NCBI GenBank assembly: GCA_964016885.1
Contig: OZ024741.1
Span: 167,462,001 to 167,526,000 of the forward strand
Direction: 5' to 3'
DNA from: Eledone cirrhosa
Lineage: Eukaryota
Length of the DNA: 64,000 nt
Part shown: one piece after another, positions 36,936 to 49,577 of the stretch
Layout: every line of letters begins with the position of its first letter
How positions within the stretch are numbered: the stretch's first letter is position 1
Notes under the pieces: generated by a model
The model's input: the letters and a program-made list of their open reading frames with translations, nothing else
Told to the model about the DNA's origin: nothing
Database searches by the model: none
Made by a program: the position numbers and the translations under genes

Positions 36936-37290
36936 ATTTTTGTTTTTATTTTTATTTTAGATTGGACCTGTAAGTAGTGGGACAAGATTGGGTGCTGCAA
37001 TGCGTTTCACAGCTACCTCTGCCATTAAACGTCACGCCATTCGTAGAGGTGTCAAGCGAGTGGCAATAGTTTTTACTGATGGTCAAATATCAGATGTGCC
37101 AATTGTCAAACGTTGGAGCAAAGATCTGCGAATAATGCAAAAGACTCGAATTGTGGTCATCGGTGTTGGACGTGTTGATGAGTTGCTTCTACGTGAAATG
37201 ACTAGTGGTGGAGGAAAGGTCCTGTATGCATCTCGTTACGATACACTACAGCGAGTGATTGATGATCTTTACATGGTGGTTTGTAAATAA
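19654..37290 (+). CDS. Secreted multidomain protein, 843 aa: signal peptide, RQRR furin site, 2x PAN/apple, EGF-like, VWD (GDPH), C8, TIL, TILa, EGF-like, VWA (FCGBP/zonadhesin/mucin-like module)
   Basis: Exons 19654-19711, 21098-21178, 24470-24709, 26469-26699, 27780-27893, 30060-30322, 32327-32634, 33316-33587, 34039-34238, 34636-34840, 35890-36119 and 36961-37290 total 2532 nt. All phases are compatible and there is no internal stop. An acceptor at 19641 implies an upstream non-coding exon. Confidence 0.88.
21098..21178 (+). CDS. Exon 2: propeptide with RQRR
   Basis: TAG acceptor, A|GTAAGT donor, phase 1-1. Confidence 0.75.
22430..22736 (+). mobile_element. 3' end of an RTE-like LINE with (CTGAGT)n tail, in intron 2
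   Basis: Translates LGWFGHALRLPPERMVNQVLKWNPQGSRWRGRPKMNW; ends in CTGAGTCTGAGTCTGA. Confidence 0.8.
23089..23268 (+). mobile_element. SINE, full length
   Basis: TGGCAGTATCGGTA head, B-box GAGTTCAAATC, family core. Confidence 0.85.
23623..23849 (+). mobile_element. piggyBac-type MITE (~220 bp); a truncated copy lies at 21350-21562
   Basis: TIR-like ends CCCTTTAGCAT..ATACTAAAGGG with TTGA/TTAA flanks. Confidence 0.75.
24470..24709 (+). CDS. Exon 3: PAN/apple domain 1
   Basis: CSYKC..GCKSFEY..QCFLS..DYYQ pattern; phase 1-1. Confidence 0.9.
24773..24998 (+). mobile_element. piggyBac-type MITE
   Basis: TTAA|CCCTTTAGCATTTA ... TAAATGCTAAAGGA|TTAA. Confidence 0.85.
26469..26699 (+). CDS. Exon 4: PAN/apple domain 2
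   Basis: DCLHKC..ECSMVEY..KCDLS..WDFYQ; phase 1-1. Confidence 0.9.
26878..27600 (-). mobile_element. Cluster of ~4 SINE copies, the first two forming a ~209-bp tandem duplication
   Basis: Reverse-complement core CTGGTACTTTATTTTAT..AAGGCAAAGTTAACCTC repeated. Confidence 0.85.
27780..27893 (+). CDS. Exon 5: EGF-like Cys-rich module
   Basis: CNLKCGPREWC..KCVCYPGC..GC; phase 1-1. Confidence 0.85.
28423..28626 (-). mobile_element. piggyBac-type MITE, opposite orientation to 24773-24998
   Basis: TTAA|CCCTTTAGCATTTA ... TAAATGCTAAAGGG|TTAA. Confidence 0.85.
30060..30322 (+). CDS. Exon 6: VWD N-half with GDPH (30104-30115)
   Basis: TCKCSASGDPHYRTFDG..FMGTCKYTLA. Confidence 0.93.
30981..31208 (-). 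mobile_element. piggyBac-type MITE nested in an older SINE-like repeat
   Basis: TTAA flanks and TIRs; the flanks rejoin into a tRNA-like head (..CCATGAT|..|GCATGTGAGTTCAATTC). Confidence 0.8.
32327..32634 (+). CDS. Exon 7: VWD C-half
   Basis: LHVSFDG..VSVP..GRLTGICGDCNG..IGESYRV. Not shown as a + ORF in the track. Confidence 0.9.
33316..33587 (+). CDS. Exon 8: C8 domain
   Basis: FGKC..FFESCVFDYC..VCAALESFAAEC..NWR..C. Confidence 0.93.
34039..34238 (+). CDS. Exon 9: TIL domain and start of TILa; GC donor
   Basis: CGPN..GCQPTC..EGCVCQRGFVLSGEDC..DCGC..GRY; donor AAG|GCAGGC. Confidence 0.88.
34636..34840 (+). CDS. Exon 10: TILa remainder and EGF-like module
   Basis: SCVVNSQC..QCVCNKGF..EC; G|GTAAGG donor. 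Confidence 0.9.
35890..36119 (+). CDS. Exon 11: VWA N-half with MIDAS DxSxS
   Basis: DIQFVVDVSQSI..VGILQF. Confidence 0.93.
36961..37290 (+). CDS. Exon 12: VWA C-half, stop
   Basis: GT..GAAM..VAIVFTDG..VVIGVG; TAA. Confidence 0.93.
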   Translation: MGPVSSGTRLGAAMRFTATSAIKRHAIRRGVKRVAIVFTDGQISDVPIVKRWSKDLRIMQKTRIVVIGVGRVDELLLREMTSGGGKVLYASRYDTLQRVIDDLYMVVCK

Positions 37291-39088
37291 AATCCTTACC
37301 CATCCTTCACTACAATTATGGATACTACTATTACTGCTAACACTTTACAAATATATAGATATCCATCACGTTGATGATAACATATGTGATATATGTATGC
37401 AGTTTTATATTTATATAAGTAGTAGCTGTAGTAGTAATAGTATTAAAATGGAAATATTGACGTAAATTATGGTATGATAAATATAAATTGAATATATATA
37501 TATTTGAAATAACGATGACATGAAAATTCTAGAATGGTAATGATATAATTACGAATATTATAAGAAATAAACAATATATTGCAACTATATTTCTTACTTT
37601 GTTTTCATTTCTTAATTGATTTCTCATTATATGTATCAGGTTCAAAATAGGTACACCCTACTCCTGCATGTTGTGAGGGACTAAGGTTGGCATTAACTCT
37701 GTATATGATCTAGGTTAGAATAGCTATATCCGTAAAAGATGACTAAATGTGTTAGCACTAGGAAGGGCATCTGGCCATAAAATAGTACTTTAAAAAGGAC
37801 CCCATGATGAGTATGAAGCTTTTCATTGGCGCTACAATGTTAACCCATGCAAAAGCAGGGGAAACACTTGTATTATTTAGAACGTCGGACATGCTTTGCA
37901 GGATAGAGTTATGGCCCTTTACGTTCTAAGTTCAAATCTCGCTGAGCTTAGTTTTGTCTTTCATCCTTACAGGGTCGATATAATAAAGTACCAGTAATGG
38001 TACTGAGGCCGATTTAATCAACTTCCCCCACCCCTCCAAAATCTCTGGCTTTGTGCCTATAGTAGAAACCATTATTATTGGCAGTATCGGTAGATAGGGC
38101 GCTGGATTGGCAGTATCGGTAGAGTCGGACGCCATGCTTTACAGTATAGTTACGTCCCTTTACGATCTGGGTTCACATCCCGCCGAGCTTAACTTTGCCT
38201 TTCATCCTTACGGGGTCGATAAAATAAAGTACCAGTCAGGCATTGGGGTCGATGTAATGGACTTACCCCTCCCCCAAAATCACTGGCCTTGTGCCTATAT
38301 AAGAAACCAATAATTTAAGAGACAAAGGGAAATAAATCTTGAAGCAATGCAAAAGAAAGCCTGCACGAATTCTTTCCCTTGTTTATTACATGAATCATTT
38401 AAAAAAGTTGCGATAAATCCCTACTTGGGTGCTCAACCAAAAATGAATGAATGAAACTAAACCAAGAAACACCAACATATTTGCCATAAAGACCTTCACA
38501 ACTCAATGAGACATTGCTTACGAAAAACAACCAGCATAAGATAAAATGAAAACTTACCTTCGTACGAATGTGACGAGTATTCAGTTTTCTCAGCAGACGA
38601 TAATTACTGAGTACGTGTGTCATGTTTATGTTTATGCACATCAGTGTTTGTGTATAAGTGCGCACGTGACTAGCTTTCAGACTTCACTCTATCGACCTCT
38701 TCTCTAATTCTTACTCTCTATAAGATATGTTTCAGCTGACAAGTGTGTGTGCGTGGGGGGGTTAGAGCACATTGACTCAGTAAATCTTCACATGGTTGTT
38801 TACAAATTCCCCTGAAGGCATACACATTATATATATCGGCATGGCTGTATGGTTAAGGAGTTTGGTTTGGGTTTCAGTCCCACTGCATGACACCGTGGTC
38901 AAATGTTTTTTTTTACTATGGCCTTGGATTGACCAATTACATTGTGAGTGGAATTTAGTAGACAGAACTGTACAGATATTTGTATATTAGGGAACAGATT
39001 TTCTTTCATGTTACATTGAAAACAAAATTGTGCGCAAGTCTGATTCTTTTTTGTGAGGGATTTTTCATATTTCCTTTTTAGATCTTTA

Positions 39089-39866
39089 CTAGCAGAATGG
39101 TCCGGCGTTGCTCGGGATTCTAAACATAGATTGGTATGTTTATCCCTCCTTTCTGAAACAGTAGTGGGACTTTTTGGGTGGCATATCGGCAGTAACAATG
39201 ACAATAAGCCGTCTGTGCTTTCGTGAAATAAATACGTTTGTTTATATTTTGTTATTGTGTATGCAAAAATATCTGTACACGAATATATAATTATATATAT
39301 ACATATATTAAAATAACAGATTAAAGTTTAAGCAAAGAATCGCTGCTTTCATCCTTAACGGGATCTTCTGAAACTAAAAAATCAGTCTGTGAACGCAGAA
39401 GTAAATATTTTGAAATACGTTGCAACCGAAGGAAAACAGGAAGACGATATTTTGGTTTGTGAAGACGTTCCCTGGCAATGAACGGAAAAAAGCGAATATG
39501 CTACATCAGCAATGAGAATAATATATATATATATACACACTATATATACATATATACACACACACACAGATAGCGAAGTCAATGTTTTCATAATGTCGTA
39601 ATGCAGACAGCCAGTTTTACAGACAGATATTATAAGGGCGCGACATTAAAGCTATATATCTACCTAAAAAGACAGACTAAGAAAGAGAGAGATATCGCTA
39701 ACCAGCGCCTAATGCAGTCCCTAGGGCATTGAAAATTTGAAATAAATTTTGCTCAAAACACTCACACGACCATAAGTATTACATGTGTAAAGTTTGAAAA
39801 AAATCGGTTGCGTGGTTCTCGAGTTTTAGGGAGACAGACAGACATACTCTGTTTTAGATATATAGA
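39089..39866 (-). mobile_element. Non-autonomous Helitron (duplicate of 5606-6383)
   Basis: Same termini, offset 33,483. Confidence 0.8.
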
Positions 39867-40307
39867 TAATTGGTTTAGAATAGTGATTTTCCAAAATCCC
39901 TGTGTATTAATGTTTCAAAGCCTTCATGGCTCCAGCTTTGGAATTTGAATGGTCATAGTTGTGGTAGATTGGTCATGTGGTTAGTAGTGGAGTAGCAAGA
40001 AATCATAAAACCTGATTTAAAAACAGTTAAGGTACTTAATAAGGCAATTATAACTGGCTTAACGTATATTGTGTTTCGGTGATCATTTTTTGTTTTCTAT
40101 TGTTATTAGTAAAGCTTACAATAGTTGTTCACTTTGTTTTGGATGGAATTCGATATAGTGTTATCAACTAATATAGTCCTAATACAACAAAAACAGTATT
40201 CAGAAAAAATACACCCTGGTTATAGAATAGATAAACCTGTCAATAAAACTCAAAACAAAATACAACAGACATCGGTCATAACCTCCACATCAACACAAAA
40301 TTAACAT

Positions 40308-40886
40308 ACAGCAGACAAGAGATATGATTTATAAATTTCAATGCAAACATTAAAGTTGTGAACTTCATGACCAAAATTGTTACATTGATCACACAAACAC
40401 AACACTTTTCTCTCTGTTAACGATGCACTTACTAAGTGTATGCAAAGGAGGTATTACAACACATTCCAATAGAGTACAAGCAAATAAATTAGATCAGGTT
40501 AAAATTTGATAAAAACAGGAAATAAAACAACACATTTGTCTCACAAAAATCTTTAATCCCAAGATAACAAAACAAATAACAAATTTAAAAATAAAATTGT
40601 TTTTTCAAGACTCGAAATATTTGTAAATAATAACAGCTTCAGTGAACTCAACAACTCATCATTGCAAGATAAAGTGTTCTCTAATATCATAGGTTTCTGG
40701 TTTTGTGCAACATACATTTCTAAAGGGTACTCCAGGTTATCTATACATACATATATATATGTTCCTGTCTAAAATTCAATGTCACTAACAAGATTTAAAC
40801 AGAATAAGACACATATCTGCATTCTATTTGGCTGGAATGTGTTAATATAATAATGATAAAGTCTCCAAGCACAATACAAAGAGTTG

Positions 40887-40922
<36 letters not shown>

Positions 40923-41035
40923 TACATATATAGTTTTGCAAGACATTTTATCTGAAAACGTGTGTTGAAACAGATATTGTTAAACTTTGGGAGGGTCATT
41001 CCATGTTTTTTGTTGGTAGCACGACCCTCCCAAAG

Positions 41036-41087
<52 letters not shown>

Positions 41088-42001
41088 GGAAAAAAGGAAA
41101 CTTCATTTCCCACTCCTAGTACGGCTGTTACTTAAATATAAGTATGAACACGTACATACATATATGTATACAGACGTACAGTAGTATGTATATATATATA
41201 TACATACATGCACCCATATATATATGCACGTATGGATTCACCGAACATTTATTATAATGCTCGGTGTGTTTGTAAACAAACATCCCGTATTAAGCCGTAG
41301 TGTCCAGCAACCATTGTTGCACGTTTGTTCAACACTGACAAAGGAACGCTGTACTAGTTTCAAGCTTATTAGCTATCGTCAGCAACGTATACCTTCCTGC
41401 CAGATTGTTGAATGTATATACTTACCAGCAGACAAGAGATATGATTTATAAATTTCAATGCAAACATTAAAGTTGTGAACTTCATGACCAACATTGTTAC
41501 ATTGATCACACAAACACAACACTTTTCTTTCAGTTAACCATGCACTTACTAAGTGTATGCAAAGGAGGTATTGCAACACATTCCAATAGAGTACAAGCAA
41601 ATAAATTAGATCAGATTAAAATTTGATAAAAACAGGAAATAAAACAACACATTTGTCTCACAAAAATCTTTAATCCCAAGATAACAAAACAAATAACAAA
41701 TTTAAAAATAAAATTGTTTTTTCAAGTCTCGAAATATTTGTAAATATTAACAGCTTCAGTGAACTCAACAACTCATCATTGCAAGATAAAGTGTTCTCTA
41801 ATATCATAGGTTTCTGGTTTTGTGCAACATACATTTCTAAAGGGTACTCCAGGTTATCTATACATACATATATATATGTGCCTGTCTAAAATTCAATGTC
41901 ACTAACAAGATTTAAACAGAATAAGACACATATCTGCATTCTATTTGGCTGGAATGTGTTAATATAATAATGATAAAGTCTCCAAGCACAATACAAAGAG
42001 T

Positions 42002-42039
<38 letters not shown>

Positions 42040-42161
42040 CACACATACATATATAGTTTTGCAAGACATTTTATCTGAAAACGTGTGTTGAAACAGATAT
42101 TGTTACACTTTGGGAGGGTCATTCCATGTTTTTTGTTGGTAGCACGACCCTCCCAAAGTAG

Positions 42162-42190
<29 letters not shown>
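40308..42190 (+). repeat. ~770-bp direct duplication (40308-41080 and 41426-42190) flanking one hammerhead-bearing unit (41082-41425)
   Basis: CAGCAGACAAGAGATATGATTTATA..GCACGACCCTCCCAAAGTA(TA)n occurs twice here but once in the upstream segment (6826-7630). Confidence 0.9.
41346..41388 (-). ncRNA. Minimal type-I hammerhead ribozyme with intact core
   Basis: On -: ACGTTG-CTGACGA-T AGCT AATA AGCT T-GAAA-CTAG-T-A-CAGCGT. 6-bp stem I, palindromic stem III ACTAGT, GUA cleavage triplet. Confidence 0.8.
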
Positions 42191-42211
<21 letters not shown>

Positions 42212-44508
42212 ACACACACACGCAAACTATTCATCATTCAAAGACTGAGAAGACTTGCAAATCAGGTTAGTATTCGATGCATTTCAAGTTGAACAGTAAG
42301 TATAGATATAAGGTACAGTTTCAAAGCAGTAAGCCCAGTTTAAACTATTCCTTATATATAAAAAAAAAAATTAAAGTTTGCACAAGTTTTATAAATAAAT
42401 GTTTTCAAAAACCTCAAGTTGTAAAGAATAATAATAATAATCATAATAAAATAAATAAGCAATATCTGGAATATTCTTTGGAAGATCTCTTAAGATGAGG
42501 GTGTGGGAAATCTTTGGTTTTCTTGTCTAAATGCTTAATTCCTTAACTGACTAGATATTAACTCTTAACATTCTGTAATGATTTAGCAGAAAATTTAAAT
42601 AAATGTCTTATTTCAATTCAAATGATTATAGTATCTTTCCTAGTGGACAGATTATTGTGACCATTTGCAGTATTAGAGTAAAGACCTTCATTTTTAATTT
42701 GATGTAGTTGCAGTGTTTTCTATTTTTGAAGAATATCTTTCTCATGAAGTTTTATTTGGTACAAGACACTAAGAGTTAAGCTGACATCAGACTGAGACAA
42801 ATAAATATTTTGTGTTGGTGGATATTAAGTGCAAGATAGTTTTGGTATTGGTTGCAATAAATAAATTGAGGAATATTCTTATTTTAAAAAATGCATGTGG
42901 ATGGAAGGCTTTTTTCTTGTTTAACACATACATGTATATATATATATATATATCACAAAAACGATTTCTGGTGTAGATTAAATTAAATATTAGTCAGAAA
43001 ACTGTCTTCTTAGTACCAGAGTAAAAGCTGGATGAGATCAAATTATTGAAGACAAGTATTAAAATAAGACATTGGTTCATACCTCTTCATCTATCATTTC
43101 CCTCTTCTTAGATAGTTTGGCTTCTCAAGTCACTAAAAGTCATTAAAAGACATGAGTTGCTTCTTTGTCTTCTAAATGAAACTTTTCAAATTTCATATTT
43201 CCAAATTGATTGGAGCAAAAGTCAGCATTTTTAATGACAGTTCTGAGTTTCAAGGAAAGAAGAGCTGATCACAAGATTAGACTAAGAACACTCTCTCTTC
43301 CCAATTGTTTTCTATTGTTGATACTATCTGTCAGTTGCAACTCCTGACACAAGGTGGTGGGATTTGAATTCAGAATGTTCAGAGCCAGATCAGATACCAA
43401 CTCATTAACAATTCCACCAATATACTTCCCCTGGACAGATACTTTATTTATTGAACCTGAAACAATGAAAAGCAATATTGACCTTGACAGGACTTGAATT
43501 CAGAGAGCAGTGAGTCAGTAAAAGTACAGAAGTATTTCATCTGCTGCACTAATGAATTTGTCAATTTAGACTTTTAAACCTACATTTAATATGGGCAGGA
43601 AATTTCACAACCTGTCTATTAAGAAGCCAACATTCTAGGAGTTATTGTCTTAACAAACAAATATAGGTTTTACTTTAGCATATCTATAGTCTACACAGTG
43701 TAATGATTTGACCTGTTTACTGAGACTTGAGCTGTGTAATAACCTGATCTCTCTACTGAGAGTTCACCTGAACTGTCTACTGAGACTTCAGCTGATCTTG
43801 TGATTTTGTCATCAGATATACCACACGCTGAACTGTAAATAACAAGATTGACTGTACATTATTTGTAAATGACCAGGTAAAGCAGAGATTGTTCTGTAAA
43901 TGATCAGATAAACTGTACACAGATCTGTAAAAGACCAGGAGAATGACACGCTAAAGTAGCACCCACACTATTCCTCGATATGTAAGAGGCAATCAAATAT
44001 AGGGGCCCTTCATTAAGTACATGAGATCAAGTTTGTAACCCCAACTAAATGAACCAAACATTTTAAAAATTGAGAATTATACAATTTGTACTTGGTAACA
44101 AAAAACAAAACAAAAAAAAACCTTTTTTAATGATATAACATAAATATTCAATAAAAATATCAATGGAATAAATAAATACAACATTTATCATTTATCTGGT
44201 TCAAATGATTGTGAAAGGAAGTTGTTGAAAGACCATAAATATATATGTGTGTGTGTATATATATATATACCAGTTTAACCCATGCAAAATAGATGTTAAA
44301 CAATGATTATATATATTTAGATACATCAAGCTAATATATTTCTTCATTGTACTATGTTGTTTTCATTTACTTTTTGCACACACACATATATATATACACA
44401 CACACACACACATATATATACATAGACATATATATATACATATACACACATATATATTATATATACAGACATACATATACACACACACACATATATACAC
44501 ACACACAC

Positions 44509-44550
<42 letters not shown>

Positions 44551-44561
44551 ACACACACACA

Positions 44562-44628
<67 letters not shown>

Positions 44629-45536
44629 CTTTATACAGATTGGATCAAGGAAAATATGTTTCCATTGGTCTATCCAATGTTGATATCTATCACAGCTATT
44701 GTGAACTTAAACCCTAAATTTATGAACAGACTTTGTTGCACAAGAAGCTACAATATTTATATTTAAGAATCTAGGAAGCAAGGTCAGAACACACTTCTGG
44801 GAATAGAGTTAATTAATTGACAAGCTATTTAATTAGCAATAAGTTAACGATGATATTGGGCAAGTTTGAAAATTTGAAATTCATTTTCTTTTCTAATAAA
44901 AAGCTGCCACAATTCATATATTAACTATAAAATAGTTAAATAAGTTGGGTAAATTACCCTTTGAGAGGGGAAACAGGTAGACAGAGACAAATGCTGGAAT
45001 CACATCACACATCAGTTGTATGCTGTAATGGTTATCACAGATGTCCAGCATATGACAGATATGTGGTTTGATTCCCACAGGCATTTCTGTTCACCTTTTT
45101 CCCTGTCTCCATTGATAGCTTACCTGAGATATTAGACTATTTTACAGATATTATTATGTATATATTATACACAGAAAAATGCAATCAGTAATATATATAT
45201 TAGATGTTATATATATATACATTATATATGTATATATATATAATATATACATTATATATAAAAAGAGAGAGAAAGAGAGAGAGAGAGAGAGAAAGAGAGG
45301 GAGAGAGAGCAAGGGAAATATTAAGGAAACAGAATGTTAGCTTTGTATAAATAAATACTAGGTTAGGATTTATTGAAACCTCTCATTAAAATAATATCAA
45401 TAACAAGATGAGAATTACTTTGATGAAAAAAAAGTGGAGGAATGGGGAGGAAGAAAATTTTAGATGTTCTACTCCCAGAAAAAAATAAAAACTCAGACTC
45501 CACCTCTTACTCCAAATCTAGCAGCTAGAATCAGTG

Positions 45537-45825
45537 TTACTTGTACTTAGTATAGTAAACAGCAGCAGCTGCTGCTACAGATAGGGATACAACGCCAAAG
45601 ATCAAAACAGATCGGGACTTCCACTGGGCCTTCGATGTGCGTAACAAACGAACGATACGCTCAAGTTGCTCCTTTGTGTACTCACGACTGCTACTGTTGT
45701 CGACAATGAATGTGGCTAGGTCACTCTTTTGTAGTAAGTTTGGTTGTACCTTGATTCGAGACAAAGCTTCTACTTCTCCAATGCCCTTCTGTTTCAGAAG
45801 TCTGGATACCTGCTGCTCTTCGGTG
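45537..45825 (-). CDS. DCAKD: DCAKD-like exon 4
   Basis: [46 protein letters not shown]. Confidence 0.88.
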
Positions 45826-47943
45826 CTGATAGAAATGGTTTTTAGAGAAGATAGAATTACCTCAAGTTAGAATCACTTTTGATGATGATGGTTATGATGA
45901 TAATGGCTTTTTTTAGAAAAGATAGAATTACCGCATTAAAATGACCTTTGGTAATGATGATGATGACTTAATGCAAACAGAAACACATAATTATAGTAAA
46001 GCGTGCACACAGACATATAATTATACTAAAACACACACACACGTGATTAAAGTAAAGTACACATACACATATAATCAGACTAAGCTACTCACACACACAT
46101 AATTATACTAATGCACAGGCACACATGATTACACTAAAGCACACACACACACATAGTCAGATACAATTTCACACACAAACATAGTTAAACTAAAGCACAC
46201 ACAGATACATAATCACACTAACACAAGCACACACATACAGTGTCAAGTCATTCCACCACCCCTGTAATGGTACTTTATTTATTACTCCCAAAAGGAAGAA
46301 AAGCAAAGTTGACCTTGATAAGATTTAAACTCAGAACATAGCAGAAAGCTGTAACAAAAATCAAAATATTTAATCTGACGCTCCAATGACTTTGCCAATT
46401 TGTCACATTTATAAAAGATTCAACTACAAAATTTAAGATGCATGGCCTAGTGGTTAGGGTTTTAGATTCATGAATATGGTCATAAGTTCAATTCCTGTAT
46501 GTGTTGTGATCTTGAGCAATATACATAATTTCACATGTCTTGTCATGATAGTTCTGGGACTCCTGTCATTAAAACACCCAAGAAATCTCTGATGAGATAC
46601 AACCTTGTAAGAGGCCAGCTAAATTTGTATAGGTGTAAGCTGTATCAACAACATAGTAGGACTAGGGCCCCTATTATTAAAACACCGAAGAATCTTCCTA
46701 TGGGATGCAATATCATAGGAGGCAAGCTAAATCTATAGGTTTGAGCTGTAACATGATAGGACTAGAGCATCTGTCATTAAAGTCTCCATTAAAACTTCTA
46801 TGAGATTCAAACTAGTAGAAGGCTAGCAAAACCTGTATAGATGTGAGGCATAAATTTCATTTCAACTATAAAAATGCCTGCTTGATATATGTCTAAAACT
46901 TCTGTCAGCACTGGGGGAAATGGCTGCAACAGACAGTAAAAATCTATATTTTAAAACATTCTTAATACTTTCATGATTGTATATCTAATGAAATACACTC
47001 TGTTTCAATTAACTAATGAAGAATTTTGAGAGATTACAAAAATTATTATTTCATTGTGAAGATAGTAACTTAATATATAGTTTTATATAAAACTTTATTG
47101 GAAGATATTAATTTAACCCTTTAGCATTTAAACAGGCCATATACAGCCAGAATTCTCTCGCCTCTTTCTGTTCAAATCGGCCACTCATACTGATGTTAAG
47201 TATTGTTCCAAAAAAATAAATAATACCAAAATCTCATAGATTCGATATTATGTGGGATAATTATGTGAGGTAAAGCCTTTACCATAAAATACAATAGTAA
47301 ATATAGAGTAGTGTAAATGCTAAACGGTTAAATGGGTAGTTTTGTTTCATAGAGGTAAATAATATTTAGGTGGGTTGGTATCAAAAGGATTAAGTTGAAA
47401 AGAGAAGAAGAAATAAAACAATAATACTCGCCACCTTACCAGATTACAATAACTGTGTATTTAATATAGGACATCAACGTCTTAGTTTCAAATAACAGTG
47501 GAATGTTAAGTACCACAAACTGATGGCCTACAATTAAAGGAAACATTGAAACAAATTTGAAGGTTGTAGAAACATTGAAGAAATATACACACTTGCATAC
47601 ATTCTAAAATAATTTACTGTAACACACACCCACTGTATGGCACCTTGGGCAAATGTTTCTACTAGAGCTATGGGTTGACCAATGCCTTGAGTGGAACTAA
47701 ATAGATAGAAACTGCAGAAGCCCATCATGTGTGTCATCATCATCATCATCGTTTAATGTCTATCTTCCACGCTAGAATGGGTGAGACGGGAATTGTCCCA
47801 CTTGAGACAAGATTGGTCGGATGACCGTGTCTCGCTCGTATAGGACTATCTGGCAGGTTTTCTACGGTTGAATGCCCTTCCTAACACCAACCACATTTAC
47901 AGTGGATTGGGAGCTTTTTACCATGTTACCTACACGACCACAT

Positions 47944-47974
<31 letters not shown>

Positions 47975-49534
47975 CATCATCATTTAATGTCAGTTTTTCT
48001 TGCTAGCAAGTGTTGGATATATATAAGTCTGTGTTTATGTCCCATAACTATGCAGTTCAACAAAAAAAGATTGCTAAAACAATAAGTTGGAACAATAAGT
48101 ACTGGAGTCAATATTATGATTGACTTTAAGGCATTGCTCCATCATGACCACAGTCTAGTGACTGAAACAACTAAGAGAATAATATCTTGGTTATTAATGT
48201 GTGTGTGTTGGACCTCTGTCAGTTCCAATGAGTAGTGCTCCAGTTGTTGCAATCAATGCTTGTGAAATTAACACGCAGGTGGCTGAGCATTCCATTGACA
48301 CATGTACTCTTAATGTAGTTCCCATGAAAATTCAGTGAGACACAATGAGTGATAAGGTTAATTCTTTGAATGACAGGTACAATTCATAGTTTTCAGCTGA
48401 GGGAACTGGAGCAACGTGAAATAAGGTGCGTTGCTTAAGGACATGCCACTTGAAATTGAACAACATTATGATTGTCAATCAAACACTTTGACCACTAAGA
48501 CATGTGCTTTCACATAATTACTTCTAATAATTGTTTCTATTTTTAGGCACAAGGCCAGCAATTACCCAGTACATTACTGGTACTTTATTTTATCGACCCC
48601 ATAAGGATGAAAGGCAAAGTTAACCTCGGCAATAATGGTTTCTACTCTAAATACAAGGCCAGCAATTTGGGATAGGGAAAAGTCAATTATATTACCAGTA
48701 GTATTTGACTGGTATTTTATTTAATTGAACTCTGGTAGGATAAAAATCAAAGTTGACCATGGCAAGATTTGAAACAACTGAAACAAATATTGCAAAGCAT
48801 TTTGACCGACAGTCTGTAATTGATGCCAATACACTGCCTTGTAATTACCTCAAATATCATCATTAAGCATTTTAAGGCCATTTTCTATCTAAAGCAGAGG
48901 TTGACCAGGTGGGTCAAATGACTTGGGGATCTTTCTTGAGACAATATTTTACAGTTGGATGCCCTTCCTGGCACCCACCTCTAATAATACAAAGAAGAAA
49001 AAAAAATAAAAGGGAAATAATAATTACCACAAAAAAACAATTTTATGACTTTCCACATTATTTGTTTACGAATCAATGGCTGAAGCAACATGTTGAAGAC
49101 CTGATTCTTCTCTGGTTTACTGAATTCAAGGTTGTCGATGTATCGTGGATTAAGTTCTCCATTCTCAAGAAAAGCTTCAGGTCCAAAATATTTCTTAAGT
49201 TTCTTATATCCTGCTCCACCAGGTTTTAGAACTAAATTTTGAAGAAAAACAAAGAGAGAGAGATATAGAAATCACATAATATGAAGGGTGCAGTCTGATG
49301 ATGCACACTTCTATACTAGTAATTAGAGTGGGTTTGGTTGTTGTTATGCCTAAGTTTGTTTTGCATAGGGTTCTGAAGGGTAGGGATAGTTTTGTTTTTA
49401 CTTTGTTTAATGTGGTATGTATATGATAGGTTAGGTCAGGTTTAGGTGTATTGATGGTATTTGTTTGGTTCGGGGATGGTGTTGGAGTGGAGTCACTTCA
49501 TTCATGTTTATGTTAGGGTATTTAAAAGTTATGA

Positions 49535-49577
<43 letters not shown>

